Assembly (NCBI GenBank): GCA_040285825.1
Contig: JAUPSS010000004.1
Coordinates: 558,001-622,000, forward strand
DNA length: 64,000 nucleotides
Direction: 5' to 3'
From: Eukaryota sp. TZLM1-RC
Lineage: Eukaryota; Protista; Metamonada: BaSk clade
Shown here: piece by piece, positions 23,110-35,449 of the stretch
Layout: every line of letters starts with the position of its first letter
How positions within the stretch are numbered: the stretch's first letter is position 1
Notes under the pieces: generated by a model
Seen by the model: only the letters and a program-made list of their open reading frames with translations
Database searches by the model: none
What the model was told of the DNA's origin: nothing
Translations under genes and position numbers: made by a program

Positions 23110-24924
23110 CTAAAAGCAGAAAAACTGGTTTTACCCTATACGAACTCATGTTCGGTTCTTCGATTACCCCAAGAACAGACCCTGCTAATATATTAGGAAA
23201 TTCGTCCAAATTTGAAAATAGTATCCCCTTATTAGATGACATCAAAATGAAAAACACTCGTCTACAAGAAAAAAGGGAAGAAGCAGAGCTTCACCAAACA
23301 ATAAAATACTCCGTCTTCAGTAGATAATTCTAATTCGTGTTTTTTAGCATTTAATATTGGTGACTACGTCTTACGTAAAACCAAGCAAAATAATAAATTG
23401 CATGGATCTTGGAATGGACCATTTTTAGTTATTGACCTTTCTTCCAAATCCACTTTATTATTGAAGAATCTTACTACTGGCGCAGAATTAAAAGCAATAC
23501 AATAGACTTTAGGCAACAATGGCGCATACCAAATGTGACTAGATTCTACCGGCCAGTGAAAAATTTCCTAGTATCTAAGATGTACTGGTCTTCCTTCTTG
23601 GCAATGCAATTATTGATTTATTATATTCAACCAGACGTATTTCACAAAACCATCTACTTTCTATTTCAATGCTTCTCTGTTCTACTTTTTTGATTTTTAC
23701 ATCTTGCTTTGAAATCTTGAGCCCACTGATCACTTCTACAATCCAATTAACCGGTTGTGTAATTAAATGGAGTTTTTTTATAACTCAAAGCACTTTGTTT
23801 CTTTGTTTCACATATTTTTTCAAAGCAAGAAAGACATTTTGAAGCAGTGTGGTTTTAAACTACCAACACAGTTTGAAAACATCGTCTAATCAAGGAACAA
23901 ATGCATCCATTTGAAGCATTAGGGGGACCTTTTGTGGATTACAGATTTCTTAACCACCCATTTTTCCTTTACACAATACCAATTTACCAAACTGATACCA
24001 CTGGTTACTGAATCCGCTTTCCCAGAATGTATTTTTTTCATTGACGAGACTTAGGGGTACACTGTTTTGAAAAAACTTGTCGTTTCACATTCAACCAGTT
24101 ACTAGTTAAGTTGTGTAAGAGGTGGTTTGCCATCTACATTATCCAATACTTTTTTGCCAATAGTCCATAGTTCTCTGATGTCCGTTGAAAAGAATCAAAG
24201 TTTACTGCCCATATTAAGGCAAATATTTACATAATGTTTTAGAATTTTGCTTTTAATCATTCTAAATAATGAACTAGTGTGAAATGATTGATGCAGATAA
24301 AGTTCTTCAACTCCTCATTTAACGTTCAAAATGATTGATCATTTGATATTTTAAGCCCATGCACTTGTCAAGATAACCTTGAATCTAACACTTTTTTTGA
24401 GGGAAGAAGTGAATTTGTCCAATGCTGATGTCGAATGTGAAGGTTTTTGTATGAAAAAGTTATTGGACAAGGCCGAAAATGTCAAAAAAGTTTATTGCAA
24501 TTGTTGAAAATAAACGATCCTTTTGTATTTTGATGAATTTCCACTATATAATAAACCCAAAATTCAATATCTCCATATCCAACATCAGCCAAATGCAATT
24601 GACTGAAAGTTTTTCCTCCATGATACCGTCCAGGAGATGACAAATCAGAAGATTATAAGGTGACAACACCTTTGAAAAATGGTCAAAAGGTTTTAGGTAA
24701 AATGGAAATTAGAGTTCAATGTGTGCTCTGTTCATTAACATCAATGTTCCTTTGTTGTGCCGCAGACACCCCAACTCCGTTCTTTGCAGTGGCTTCTGAG
24801 ATTATGGTTGTCGTCCAAGTGGTTTGATGTCATCACAAATTCACTTGTAGATTATCTACAGTGGTGCTGTAAACCACTCCAAACACACCCACTGAATCAT
24901 TTATTCCAATCTTGAGGAACACTA

Positions 24925-26763
24925 ATGAAGAATCTAATAGTGGTTTTTCTCGTTTTGGTTGCTGTTGTACAATGTACTGATGAACTTACCCTAACCAAAA
25001 CTGCACGTCCAACTTCCACAAAGGTTGCTTCTTCAGGTAAGGACACTTTCACAGAGGTTTGTCTAACAGTTAAAGGGTTTGGTGAAGTCAAAAAAGACCC
25101 AAAAGATCCTCCAAAACCTCCCAAAGATCCAAAACCTCCAGTAAAATGCCAAGACCCACTTCATGTGGTTATTGCCGTTGAAGAGTCCCAGGAAATGCAA
25201 CGAGTAGATGCTAGCCGCCAAAGAATACACGTAGCCAAGTCCCTCGTCCGAGAAATGCGTCCCCAATGTGACTGGGTGGTCATTGTTACGTATGATCGTC
25301 AACTGAAGGAAACAACCCACCGCATGACCCCTTCCCAAGCTATAAGTCACCTCTCTCGCATTTCTGCAAGGTCCTCTCACTCTGATAGCTCCATCTCTGC
25401 TGCTCTTCAAGGTATTTCATGACATTAATATATACTTATCACAGGTATTAAGCTGGGAACCAGCCGCTTGGGTTCTGCTCGAAGAATGAAGATTGTAGTT
25501 TTGGGTACAGGAAAAGGAACGTACTCTACATCCACTATATCTCAAGCATGGCCCATTTACTCCATTGGTATAGGTTACTCTAAGGGTGCTGCTCATATGA
25601 GTAATCTCCGATTCCTTGCCTCTTACACAGGTGGTGCTGCCTACACTTCAACATCAGAGCGTACTATTGGATATCTCAAGAGTCATCTGTGTTTCACCTC
25701 CGTTACTCCACCATCCAAACCTGATCCCAAACCTGATCAACCCAAACCATCTATTACTGCTCCATACGATATAAATGTATTTGAAGGAACGAAGAAGTTT
25801 TGGATAAGTCATAAAGAGTTTCACCCTGTTCCTGATGCAAAGCAACAGACTAAAGATGGTTTTACCATAGAATGGCATGACGTTGGTCCAAGTAAGATTG
25901 ATGGCAAGTCATACTTGACAAAAGGCGAGACGTTAAAGTTTTGTTTCAAGACAGAAAGCAAGCTTCCTGGTAAATGTCCTGTTGACGTCGTAGACTACTC
26001 CAGGGTGGAATACAAGGTGAAGGGTAAGAAAGTAACCCAGAAATTCCCCCAAGCCTACGTCACAGTCTCTGATGCTCCCATTAAATGTCCCTCTGAAAAA
26101 GACGTACTGATTGATTTTTACCAGAAAACGGGTGGGGAACAGTGGAAGGAAGACCATGGTTGGTTGGAAGGAGAACCTTGTCATGATGGGAAATATCCCG
26201 AAAACAAGTGGTTTGGAGTTCATTGTTCAGATAACAAAGTCAAAGAGCTTCGTCTTCCCAATAATAACCTCGTGGGTGAACTCCCCTCCACAATAGGATG
26301 TCTGTCTTTCCTTAAGGATCTCCATCTTCCAGGTAACAAGCTCACTGGGCCTTTACCTGCTTCTATTGGTCAGCTGATTCATCTCCAATACTTTGACCTC
26401 AGTGATAACATGCTCTCAGGAGGCGAGTCCTGTGATGGTAAGGAACAAACTATTCCCAGTAACGTTTGCATGCTCAAACATCTAAAGTACTTCTATCTCT
26501 CACGTAATCCTCTCACAGGAGTCATCCCATCATGTGTAGGAAAGATGAAGGAGCTTGATCAATGGCATACCGATTGTTCCAAGTTGAAGTCTGAAATTCC
26601 CAAAGGATTTTTGTCTCTTCCATTATTGACAGAACTTCACACATTCTGCTCTGAGCATGAACCTGATTGTCCTCCCTGGAAAGCCGAGTTGGAAGAAAAG
26701 GGTGTTATTTTCAAGTGTGAGAGTGTAGATTGTAGGGAAAGATGTCAACCAAAGTCGTATTGA
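24925..26763 (+). CDS. Secreted vWA-like + plant-type LRR protein; two exons (24925-25411, 25445-26763)
   Basis: Signal peptide MKNLIVVFLVLVAVVQC. vWA-like segment (HVVIAVEESQEM, PIYSIGIG, LRFLASYTGGAAY). LRR N-cap (EKDVLIDFY..TGG..W..C..WFGVHC) and LxLxxNxLxGxLP repeats. Confidence 0.85.
25412..25444 (+). other. 33-nt spliceosomal intron
   Basis: GTATTTC...ATCACAG contains in-frame stops; removal fuses the 24925 and 25468 ORFs in frame. Confidence 0.85.
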
Positions 26764-26887
26764 TTTGGCATTAGAAATAAACGTTGTGTGATGTGGACCA
26801 TACAGAGCATTGTACATGAGCACCTCAAAAAATCATTGAATTGTTCGTTTTTAATCAAACAGTGTGATGTAACAAAATTTATAAAGA

Positions 26888-27811
26888 CTATTGAGGAATA
26901 TCTACCAAATCTACAAAATCCAAACCTCTCAATTGATCCAACATATCAACTATTCCAGCATCCATAACTTCAGAATCATCAGCCTTACACCAATCATAAT
27001 ACTCTTGGAGAAAGGCAATAATCTGGGATGCAGGAACCTGGTCAACATTGGAATCTACACAAACGGTGAGCATATACTCTTCTTCAAGGCAGGGCTTCTT
27101 GCGGTACTCCTGAGGAAGGTAATACTCGAAAGCGAGGCGGCGAAAACCCTTGGAACTCCAAAATCCACGAGCAGAACTACTATAGGGATCAAGACTTACT
27201 TCAGCGAAATAGAGAGGTTTCGTACCAGAAAACTTAGCATCTACATGCTTCATACTATCCTTCCATACTCTGGAGGCTAGTCCTTGACGCTTGTAATCAG
27301 TATGAGTGGCGAGATAACCAATGAGAACACATTCGTTATGAGGGAATACATCAATTGAAACACCACATACAACCTGGTTCTCCTCATTTGTGATGAGTGA
27401 AACGTGGCAATGTGGCTGAGTTTCATCATAATGGCTGAGATGAACACACTCATTTTCAACAGGATCATCCTTAAATGTTGTCCGAAGCAAACTAATCCAG
27501 CCAGGGGCGAGTTCTTTGCGCTGCGGAAGAGTAGCATACTTGTACTTGGCATCTGCGAGGTCTAATGGGAGTGAAGCCTGCTTAGTTGGGAGTACCAATG
27601 TTGACCCAAACGTACTCGGTTTTTTCTTGCGCTTCTTTACACCACGGGAACATCCTGTAATTTCTGAGGAAGAGGAGCCATCATTGTGGAACATAAAACA
27701 GTTAGAAGTAGAGAGTAACAAGAGGAGAGAAAAACAACTGGTCCAAATTGTCCAACCAAAAGCATGCAAAATACAATTTGTATCCATTTGTTTTTTCTCT
27801 ATTTGGTTCAC
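26888..27811 (-). CDS. GNAT-family N-acetyltransferase (start uncertain, possibly the downstream MFHNDG)
   Basis: LIGYLATHTDYKRQGLAS acetyl-CoA motif A; ARGFWSSKGF motif B. Confidence 0.85.
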   Translation of the reverse strand: MNQIEKKQMDTNCILHAFGWTIWTSCFSLLLLLSTSNCFMFHNDGSSSSEITGCSRGVKKRKKKPSTFGSTLVLPTKQASLPLDLADAKYKYATLPQRKELAPGWISLLRTTFKDDPVENECVHLSHYDETQPHCHVSLITNEENQVVCGVSIDVFPHNECVLIGYLATHTDYKRQGLASRVWKDSMKHVDAKFSGTKPLYFAEVSLDPYSSSARGFWSSKGFRRLAFEYYLPQEYRKKPCLEEEYMLTVCVDSNVDQVPASQIIAFLQEYYDWCKADDSEVMDAGIVDMLDQLRGLDFVDLVDIPQ

Positions 27812-28411
27812 TTGCTCCCACTGCTTAACGTTTTTTGGCAGAGCTTGAAATAATTGGAAGGGGAACGACCAATAGATATTTTAATTGTAATGGCAAAATA
27901 GAATTGTGTTTTCTATTTCTAAGGAGATGGTGAAAATGGTTTCTGATGCTCAACTTTCTCTTGGATCTGATTATGAGAAAGTTACATCTAGCTGTCTTGT
28001 ATTGGGGAAGACAGATTATTTAGATGTTCATTCATAAGTTGTTTATTGAATAAATATTATTTTAAATTCAAGAAAAACAACAGATTTCTGTGTTCTTTGA
28101 TATTCTATGAAAGTGGACACCCGTACTTCTGAATGTCTGAAACTATCTCAGTTTGTCTCATGTGTGAAGCTTTGGTGGTTTTCTCCAATCTCCATTATGA
28201 ATGTGGTTCATTTATCGAATAAGAGAAGCAATAGCGAGAAAACAAGCACATGAGAATTTTGAAGAAGAAAATTAATTGAATTAAGTCCTATTAGAATATA
28301 TATTATAAATATAGAATGCTTATTATTATGAAAAAATGTCCAATTGATGAGTGCCACATTTTCAAAGTTCTTTTGATCCTGCCTTGAGAAATCTATTAGA
28401 AATTATGAAAC

Positions 28412-28654
28412 TTTTTTGGATGACTTCCAAAAAATGGTGAAAGAAAAAACAATGAAAAGATTTGATATTTTTTTATGGCGTTCACGGATTCAATTTGCCA
28501 TTATTAATAGATTACCGCGGTTTTTCAATCGAATTAGAGAAGCTTTAGCTAGACAGCAAGCAAATCAAGATTTTGTAGAGGAAATCTTGGTTTAATGATA
28601 GTCGTCCCATTAGTTATGATTCAATTTAATTAAGTGTGCAAATTCAATAAATTA
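28412..28654 (+). mobile_element. 3'-terminal fragment of CRE-like family D
   Basis: Near-identical to the 3' end of 59825-61497. 12-bp TSD AAATTATGAAAC at 28400-28411 and 28655-28666. Confidence 0.9.
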
Positions 28655-29687
28655 AAATTATGAAACAATGAAGATTTAATCAGTAACGACCATTTAATCT
28701 AATAGAAAAGTTGGAGAAATATTTTCTCATGGTTGAGAAAAAGAAACCGATTGACAAAAACCCCCGTGTGATAACTATTTGCAAATTTAAAAATGATGAA
28801 TTTCATAGAAGAGTCGACACATTCATGGAGTGTAGAGTCATCATTAATGAACAGTGTCATTTTGAATTAAGGAAACATGAACGCTGATCATCAATGGCTG
28901 TCCATGCTGATTCATCCACATCCCAGAATCATTGAGTTTGCAATTAATACTTCCTTGAATGTATTATCTACAGCTGATAACCTTGATTGACGGAAAATTT
29001 GTTGATTTGATGATTGTACAATGCACTCCACAATTTTTTCAGTTTGCTGTTGTTCAATTTTAGAATTAAAGTGTTAGTAATGTTGAACATTTGGAAATCT
29101 ATTTCTTTCATTGATCACTAAAAAAATATTTAAATTCTTATTTAAATTCCTAAAAAACAGTTAAATTTACCTTCTTTTACCTGATAAATCTGTTTTCTTG
29201 TATTTTTTTCAAAAAAATCAAGTCATGATTAGGAGAATTCAGCAACAGATAGCGGTTTATCTTTCTGTCAAAAGTAATGGATAGTATTACCTGAGAAATT
29301 GTCATTAAATCAAATAAAATCTAAGATAAATGAATACAGACATTAAGTTGTCAAAATCAAAAAGTATGAAACCAAAAAATCAATTATGAATGAAAAAACT
29401 ACGTGTTGAGCTCTTTTTTTTGAACAATGAAGAATATTGAAACATTCCTGACCCTTTGGTCATAACAAAGCTATTTTTTCACCTAAATCAAATTCAGTTA
29501 AAATTATTTCATTAATCCTTGATTTATTTTAGTTAAAATTAACATTTTTTGATCACGTGTAATTAACAGTATAAAATAGACTTTTCGACGCATTTTTCAA
29601 TCTAGAACTGATCGATACTGATCTTATTTGAATATTGCTTTGTTATTTTCCAACATGTTGATGTAAGGGTTGAAAAACGTTAATTGT

Positions 29688-32410
29688 GTTGAGGTAGGTT
29701 GAAACATCATTCGATTTTAATGAATGTACAAGCAGTTAGCAACATCTAGAGCTGAAGAAGTCAAAATTATCATGCATGCTGAAAAAACAATTATTTGAAT
29801 TTCAACTCGCATACCTAATTCATGCTTTGTGCCTTTGTCTTTTCTGTATTTGGAAGTTTGGGTAAAACCGCTTTATCTTTAGACAATTTCTCCAACAAGA
29901 ACTGCAAGAGTATTTGATCAAACTTTCTGACAAAATAGAATTGTTTTTTCTATTTTTAAAGGGATGTATGGCATTGACGATTTTAGGTAAAAAACACAGT
30001 ATGGAAATTTTCAATGGTATATGTGGTGTCTGAGAAAATACACTTTTGGCGTTCAAACAATTTCGTTTTCATAAAAAAACAAACTAAATTAAAAAAAGTA
30101 GTTAAAAAAACATTTTCTTGGTTACGGAGAATGGAATCTTGGCGGCTTCCCACAAATTTTCCATGAGAAAACAGTTCAATGAAAAACAAACTTTTTCATT
30201 AACCTTAAAACCTAAAATTAAAAATAAACAGTTGTTAAATTAAAACTTACATGTTGTGTGATCAACACCTCATCAAAAATCCAATAATAAACCAATGATT
30301 TTTGTAAGTTTTTAAAAGCCAATGGAAAATAATTCCATTCATTCTAAATCTGTCATTCATGGTGATTTAAAGCCTGAAAACACCTGGTTTGTAAATGCTC
30401 AAATTTGGCTTTATTGGCATTTACCCCCAAATATGCTGCATTGGAAGTAGCATGGCGATATTTCTACGAGAGGTGAAATTCACCAAGATACCAGTAACCA
30501 ATTACATAACTCCCAAAGAACCATTCCAAGGCTCTTTTTAATTGAGGATTATTGTCTATTTGTTATTGACATTAATGGTGATGTTTGGAAGTTTGACAAC
30601 TGAAAATATTAAGGTTTCTTTAAACCAATACCAATGAACATAGCTTCTGGTTCAACAAAAGGCCAAGTCCGTCGTTCTCAACTGGGTAGACTCGAATGAC
30701 TCTTCAACCGACTACGATCATCTTCCCGTCTCTATTCCGATCGACCGGGAAGTTTTGAAAAATTTGGCGAATCAATACACGTCAAATGATCCCTCAAATA
30801 GACCAAATATTGACCAAATAATTCAACAATTGAGTTTATTGGAAAATTATGCTGGTTCCCTTTAATTAATGTCAAAAGAAAAGTCCATCCAGAACAAAGC
30901 AATATGCTTTGAAAAAGTTTTTGCTTATAAGAATTAAACTACGGCCGAGATAACAGAGAGAGAGCTTTCACCTTCATCCAACACCTCTCCTCTCCTCACC
31001 TTGTAAATGTCATTCAAAGAGCCGATGAATGTGTCCATTATTCATTCATTAAGAAGTGCTGTCCTTTGCTTGATAAGCTTTGAAACAGTTTCTGTTTACA
31101 ACGTAGGAGAAAAATGTACATTATAAACAGATTCACAATCATTAAAGAAAATAAATCTGGAATTAATCTTTAAATAATGATTTGAAACTAAAAAAAATGA
31201 ATTGAAATAAAAATCACCTCTTAAAAAACAATTCCCAAAGAGATTAAATCAATCGAATATAGGTGGCTCAAACCTGCCATTGATTGGATAGAGACAACTA
31301 CCAAAAGTGGTACCACGAAACAGAATGACAGATGCGAAGATGACCAAAAGCTTCACCATTCAGCAAGAGATGTCTTGGAAAAGTTAAGAACAACAACCAC
31401 TTTAAGTGTGGTAATATGGGTAAAATTATTGCAAAGATATATGAGTCAGTGGACATAGAGGTAACTGACAAAAACTGAAATAAACAAGCTAAACTGAAAG
31501 AGAAAGGGTGAAGAAGAACTGCTTATGTCGGCCGACACAACAGCCTCGGTGATGACATGGAATTTAGCCATTGGAAGAACGGGCATGGGATTGTAGACAA
31601 GAGATCAAGGGAAGCGAGACAAGGCGATGGACATAATCTGGTGGTAAGAGACAGCGATGGCGGGTTCAGAAAATAGTTGACAACAATGAGATGCAGCAGA
31701 AGGAATGACCTTACAGCAAAAGCATCAATTGGCGGAGTGTTGATCACACAACATGTAAGTTTTATAGAGAGCATCTTCTTCTGCAGAAGACGCCGACGTT
31801 TATTTGAGGTAATGAGTTTTGAGAAGATGGTGAGTCATGATGACGTGGCAAAGTTTATAAAGTTCTAAGAGCAAAAGTTAGAACCTTTAATATAATCAAT
31901 CTTTGGTCTTATACATCAACAATTTCTGTCTGAGTATTCCAGTAGTTGTTAAATCGGACATTGACTTCATCAATCTGTAATTCCTATTCAGTGAATTCTT
32001 CAAGGTATTTTATATCCCGATTAACAATATATTTATACCGGATCTTTGCATTTTACTCCAATCGTGTATCCAACACACAAAACTACTGTTTAGAATCTTA
32101 ATTCCAGACAGGTCTGATAAATGGGGGAGGGGGAGGGGTTTGATATCCTTATACAACCACTTTTGCACTCTACCATGTTTCAACGTATAAAAATCAAGCC
32201 AATATCAATTTTGTAAAAAAATTTGGTTTTAATAACACGACGACGTAGATAATATGGGATAAAATCTCTATATTGTCATACAAACACAACGTAGTAGACA
32301 CGTAGAATAGCGTAACCTTAGTGATAAGGTTTAGTCGAATTAAACTTGAAGACATTTAGAGAATTGTATTTTTTGGGATTGGGGGAAGAATGGTTGGGGA
32401 ACAGTGGATG
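29688..32410. repeat. Copy 1 of an inverted segmental duplication (partner 55018-58602)
   Basis: Long reverse-complement identity; duplicated ORF pairs 31523-31774/56524-56775 and 29983-30189/58139-58372. Lacks ~55258-55720 of copy 2. Ends approximate. Confidence 0.9.
30337..30862 (+). pseudogene. Mosaic of protein-kinase fragments and an RCC1-family fragment
   Basis: IHSKSVIHGDLKPEN (subdomain VIb), FTPKYAALEV (VIII), TKIPVTNYITPKEPF...VIDINGDVWKF (RCC1 family, ~30481-30597), NDPSNRPNIDQIIQQL (XI). Confidence 0.7.
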
Positions 32411-32630
32411 GTGCAAGAAAAAGCAATGAAAAGATTTGATATCTTTTATGGCGCTCTCGGATTCAATTTGCCATTATTAATAGATTACCTTGGTTTTTCA
32501 ATCGAATAAGAGAAGCTTTAGCTAGACAACAAGCAGATCAAGATTTTGTAGAGGAAATCTTGGTTCAATGATTTTCGTCCCATTAGTTATGAATTAATTT
32601 TTATTAAGTGCGCATGTTCAATAAATATAA
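32407..32630 (+). mobile_element. 3'-terminal fragment of CRE-like family D
   Basis: ATGGTGCAAGAAAAAGCAATGAAAAGATTTG...GAGGAAATCTTGGTTCAATG...TTCAATAAAT. Confidence 0.85.
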
Positions 32631-33012
32631 TTATCACTGATGATTTGAATTTTGAAAAGGTTATAACCAGTATTTCAGATATATATCCATTGAATAACTC
32701 CTAACTCGTTCAAAACTATAATGAAAAAAGGTACTGTAGATCCAGAAAAAATGCAGAAAACATTAGCTGCAAATGACCCATATCAATTTGGACAAATCTT
32801 GAAAAAATAATAGAGACCAAATATTTAAATAACGCTTTCATTTTGTGACAGTAACATACTTGTGATTGGTGGTTGAAAAGGGTATTTTTCTAGTTTGTGG
32901 AGCAACAAACACACAAGATTTATAGAAAATAAAAACCAATCACCACAATTAAAAAGCAAAACCAAAATAGAATCAATAAAGTAATTTATTTGATAAAAAA
33001 TGGGAATTTATT

Positions 33013-35391
33013 TTAATCTAAATATTTACAAAAAATATCAACCAAAAACCTTTCAGTTGAATACTGAATCCACCAAGGAAAACAAGAGAATTCAACTAAA
33101 TATTCACTCTTGATTAGTTTAACAGATTTAATTAAACCTTGATTAATAAGTTTTGTTGGAGAAAGAGTACAGTCTGACAGACTGTCTTCATCAGGTTGAA
33201 TCAATTGAATGAATTTCAAAGAAGGAAAGTTTTGTTCAGTGATATTGGTAGGAACCATACCATGAATTAACAACTCCTTCAAGTTGGGTAATTGTATTTC
33301 AATATTGCCAATTTTGTGCAATTCTACTTCCAACCTAACAATTGTTTGAGGTAACGCTAATAGACCTTCTAATAAAATTGATTCAAAAGATGCTAGATAT
33401 CGAGCATAAACCACCAATTCCTCCAATGATGTAAGATAGCTTAAATCATCAACCCTAGTACCACAAGAATCAAACACTAACTTCACTAGTGAAGTGGGTA
33501 ATGTTTCTATAATGAATGAACAATTAAGCTCCAAACACTTAAGATTTGTCAAATGAGCCAAGTTTAAAACAAACCCTTCATCATAACTCGACTCTCGACC
33601 AAGCTTAACAACCTCAACATTTGGGGAAAATGACAATAATTCTGGATCATAATCAACTTCATCAAAGTAAACATCAAGTTTTTTAATTCTAGTATTAATT
33701 ACTTTGGGACCATTATAATAAGTAGAAAATCGCAATTGTGATTCACAAATGATTTCGTTTAAATTTAAATCTTGAGGATCTTTTAAAAGCATCTGATTTT
33801 GAATTGGATGAACATTAAAAACTTCTTGAGCAAATTGAGCTACCCTTTTACTAATACCACATTTGGTGTAAAATCTTGCTTTAACATATGGATGACTACC
33901 AAAGAGATTTACCAAATAATTTAAATATTCCCAATAAACAAGCTTAATTAGACCACTAAACATTCTATTCAAAGGTTGTTTAGGATAATGAAAACTACCA
34001 AGTATTTCAGATCCAAATACTTTGACAGGTTGTGGTCGATTAATCAAATCACCTGTACCTAATTGACCTTGAAAGTTCCTTCCCCAAGCCCAAACAGTGT
34101 TTTTGTTATATGCGAAAAGGAAGTCACGACCTACTGAAATGCCTTCTATATTAGTGAAAGCATCAATGCATATTGGTTGCTCACTATCTTCATAAACATC
34201 ACTTATACTGCTCAATTCACCCCAAACGAAAACTTTACCATTCTTGTCAAGGGTAGCATGAATACCATAACAACCACTAATGGAAACAATATTGCTTAGA
34301 CCAGGAATTTTGGTGGGTTTGTTATTGAAAAGAACATCATCCCCCTTGCTAAACTTCCAAATATCACCATTAAAATCGATAACAAGAAAGCAATCGTCAT
34401 CAATTAAAAAAGAACCCTTGAATGGTTCTTTGGGAGTTATGTACTGAGTTACTGGTATCTTGGTAGTAATAAAGAAATCATAATTAAAGAGATTATCATC
34501 TCCGTCAGAGCTGTAATCGACTATGGTGGAAGAATCAAGGTCATAGTGGGTGCAAAAGAAATGGCCATTTTCATCAACTGCAACGACAGAATCTTTAAAA
34601 ATAGAAATAAAAACAATATTATTTAAATCTTTAATTATTTCAAATGATTTACAATAACCCCATTTAATAACTTGGCCTTCTTGGGTCAAAGCAAATGAAC
34701 AAAACTCACCACTATAAATTTCCTTAATCTTATAAGCAGTGGTGATTGGGGTAATTGGTAGTGTCGAAAGGGAATAATGTTCTAATTTATTTGATTTATT
34801 TATTTGATTATTACAATTACCACCCCAACCAAATAACTTGCCTTCAGATGAGAGGGCCAGGGAGTGTTCACGACCAGCAGAAATGGTGACAATGTCATAT
34901 AAAGGAAGTTTGATTGGTGACGTGACGTTTCTAGGTCCATCAAAAAGAACTTGACCTTGATCATTATACCCCCAGCTATAAACCTCACCAGAATAGGTGA
35001 GAAGAAGGTGATGAACATAATAATCACTATAAGCAGAGATAAATTCAACGCCCATCTTGGACTCCGATCGATCGGGAATTGATGCGATCAAATTGTTATG
35101 AGCAGAAAAGCTTAAATGATTAACACCATAATTATTTGTGCTCAACAGTATCGTTGAATGAGAGAGCATGGAATGAAGCGGTAGTGTGGTGTCACCAACG
35201 GCGTAACAAGAAGCAGGTAAAATGGAGATCCTGTCAGAAGAAGATTCTTTTGAATCACACAAAGCAGGAGAATCAGCAAGAAAATCAGAACAGGAGGAAG
35301 AGCCACAATGATGTTTGGATTCTATGAACACAGACGATCTAGCATCAAGGATTGAGGAGTCGTCATGGGTGTTTGCTGGGTGTTGTGGCAT
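33013..35391 (-). CDS. RCC1-repeat + divergent LRR protein, paralog 2
   Basis: Same architecture as 13172-15529; intact 792-aa ORF. Confidence 0.9.
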   Translation of the reverse strand: MPQHPANTHDDSSILDARSSVFIESKHHCGSSSCSDFLADSPALCDSKESSSDRISILPASCYAVGDTTLPLHSMLSHSTILLSTNNYGVNHLSFSAHNNLIASIPDRSESKMGVEFISAYSDYYVHHLLLTYSGEVYSWGYNDQGQVLFDGPRNVTSPIKLPLYDIVTISAGREHSLALSSEGKLFGWGGNCNNQINKSNKLEHYSLSTLPITPITTAYKIKEIYSGEFCSFALTQEGQVIKWGYCKSFEIIKDLNNIVFISIFKDSVVAVDENGHFFCTHYDLDSSTIVDYSSDGDDNLFNYDFFITTKIPVTQYITPKEPFKGSFLIDDDCFLVIDFNGDIWKFSKGDDVLFNNKPTKIPGLSNIVSISGCYGIHATLDKNGKVFVWGELSSISDVYEDSEQPICIDAFTNIEGISVGRDFLFAYNKNTVWAWGRNFQGQLGTGDLINRPQPVKVFGSEILGSFHYPKQPLNRMFSGLIKLVYWEYLNYLVNLFGSHPYVKARFYTKCGISKRVAQFAQEVFNVHPIQNQMLLKDPQDLNLNEIICESQLRFSTYYNGPKVINTRIKKLDVYFDEVDYDPELLSFSPNVEVVKLGRESSYDEGFVLNLAHLTNLKCLELNCSFIIETLPTSLVKLVFDSCGTRVDDLSYLTSLEELVVYARYLASFESILLEGLLALPQTIVRLEVELHKIGNIEIQLPNLKELLIHGMVPTNITEQNFPSLKFIQLIQPDEDSLSDCTLSPTKLINQGLIKSVKLIKSEYLVEFSCFPWWIQYSTERFLVDIFCKYLD

Positions 35392-35449
35392 CGAAAATCA
35401 TTTTTGAAATACTTTTTCAACCTATATAATCTATATTTTCTACAATTAC

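Larger units (their letters stand above)
17683..23518 (+). mobile_element. Decayed Ty3/Gypsy LTR retrotransposon (gag-like, RT, RNase H, integrase)
   Basis: 5' LTR TGTTG...CAACA at 17683-17761; its last 21 bp recur at 23498-23518; TSD ATGG on both sides. Knuckle CTFC...GHTVFEC, YIDD, TDASD, HHCC, VDTIGPL/HSDNGPEF/SNGLVER, WNGPF in RT-RH-IN order. Protease and RT N-terminus not seen (apparently deleted); many frameshifts. Confidence 0.93.

Noticed and set aside
24818-24881. tRNA gene (stem followed by CCA)
   Set aside because: No T-loop GTTCRA, D-loop or anticodon arm. No tRNA or rRNA was recognised anywhere in the window.
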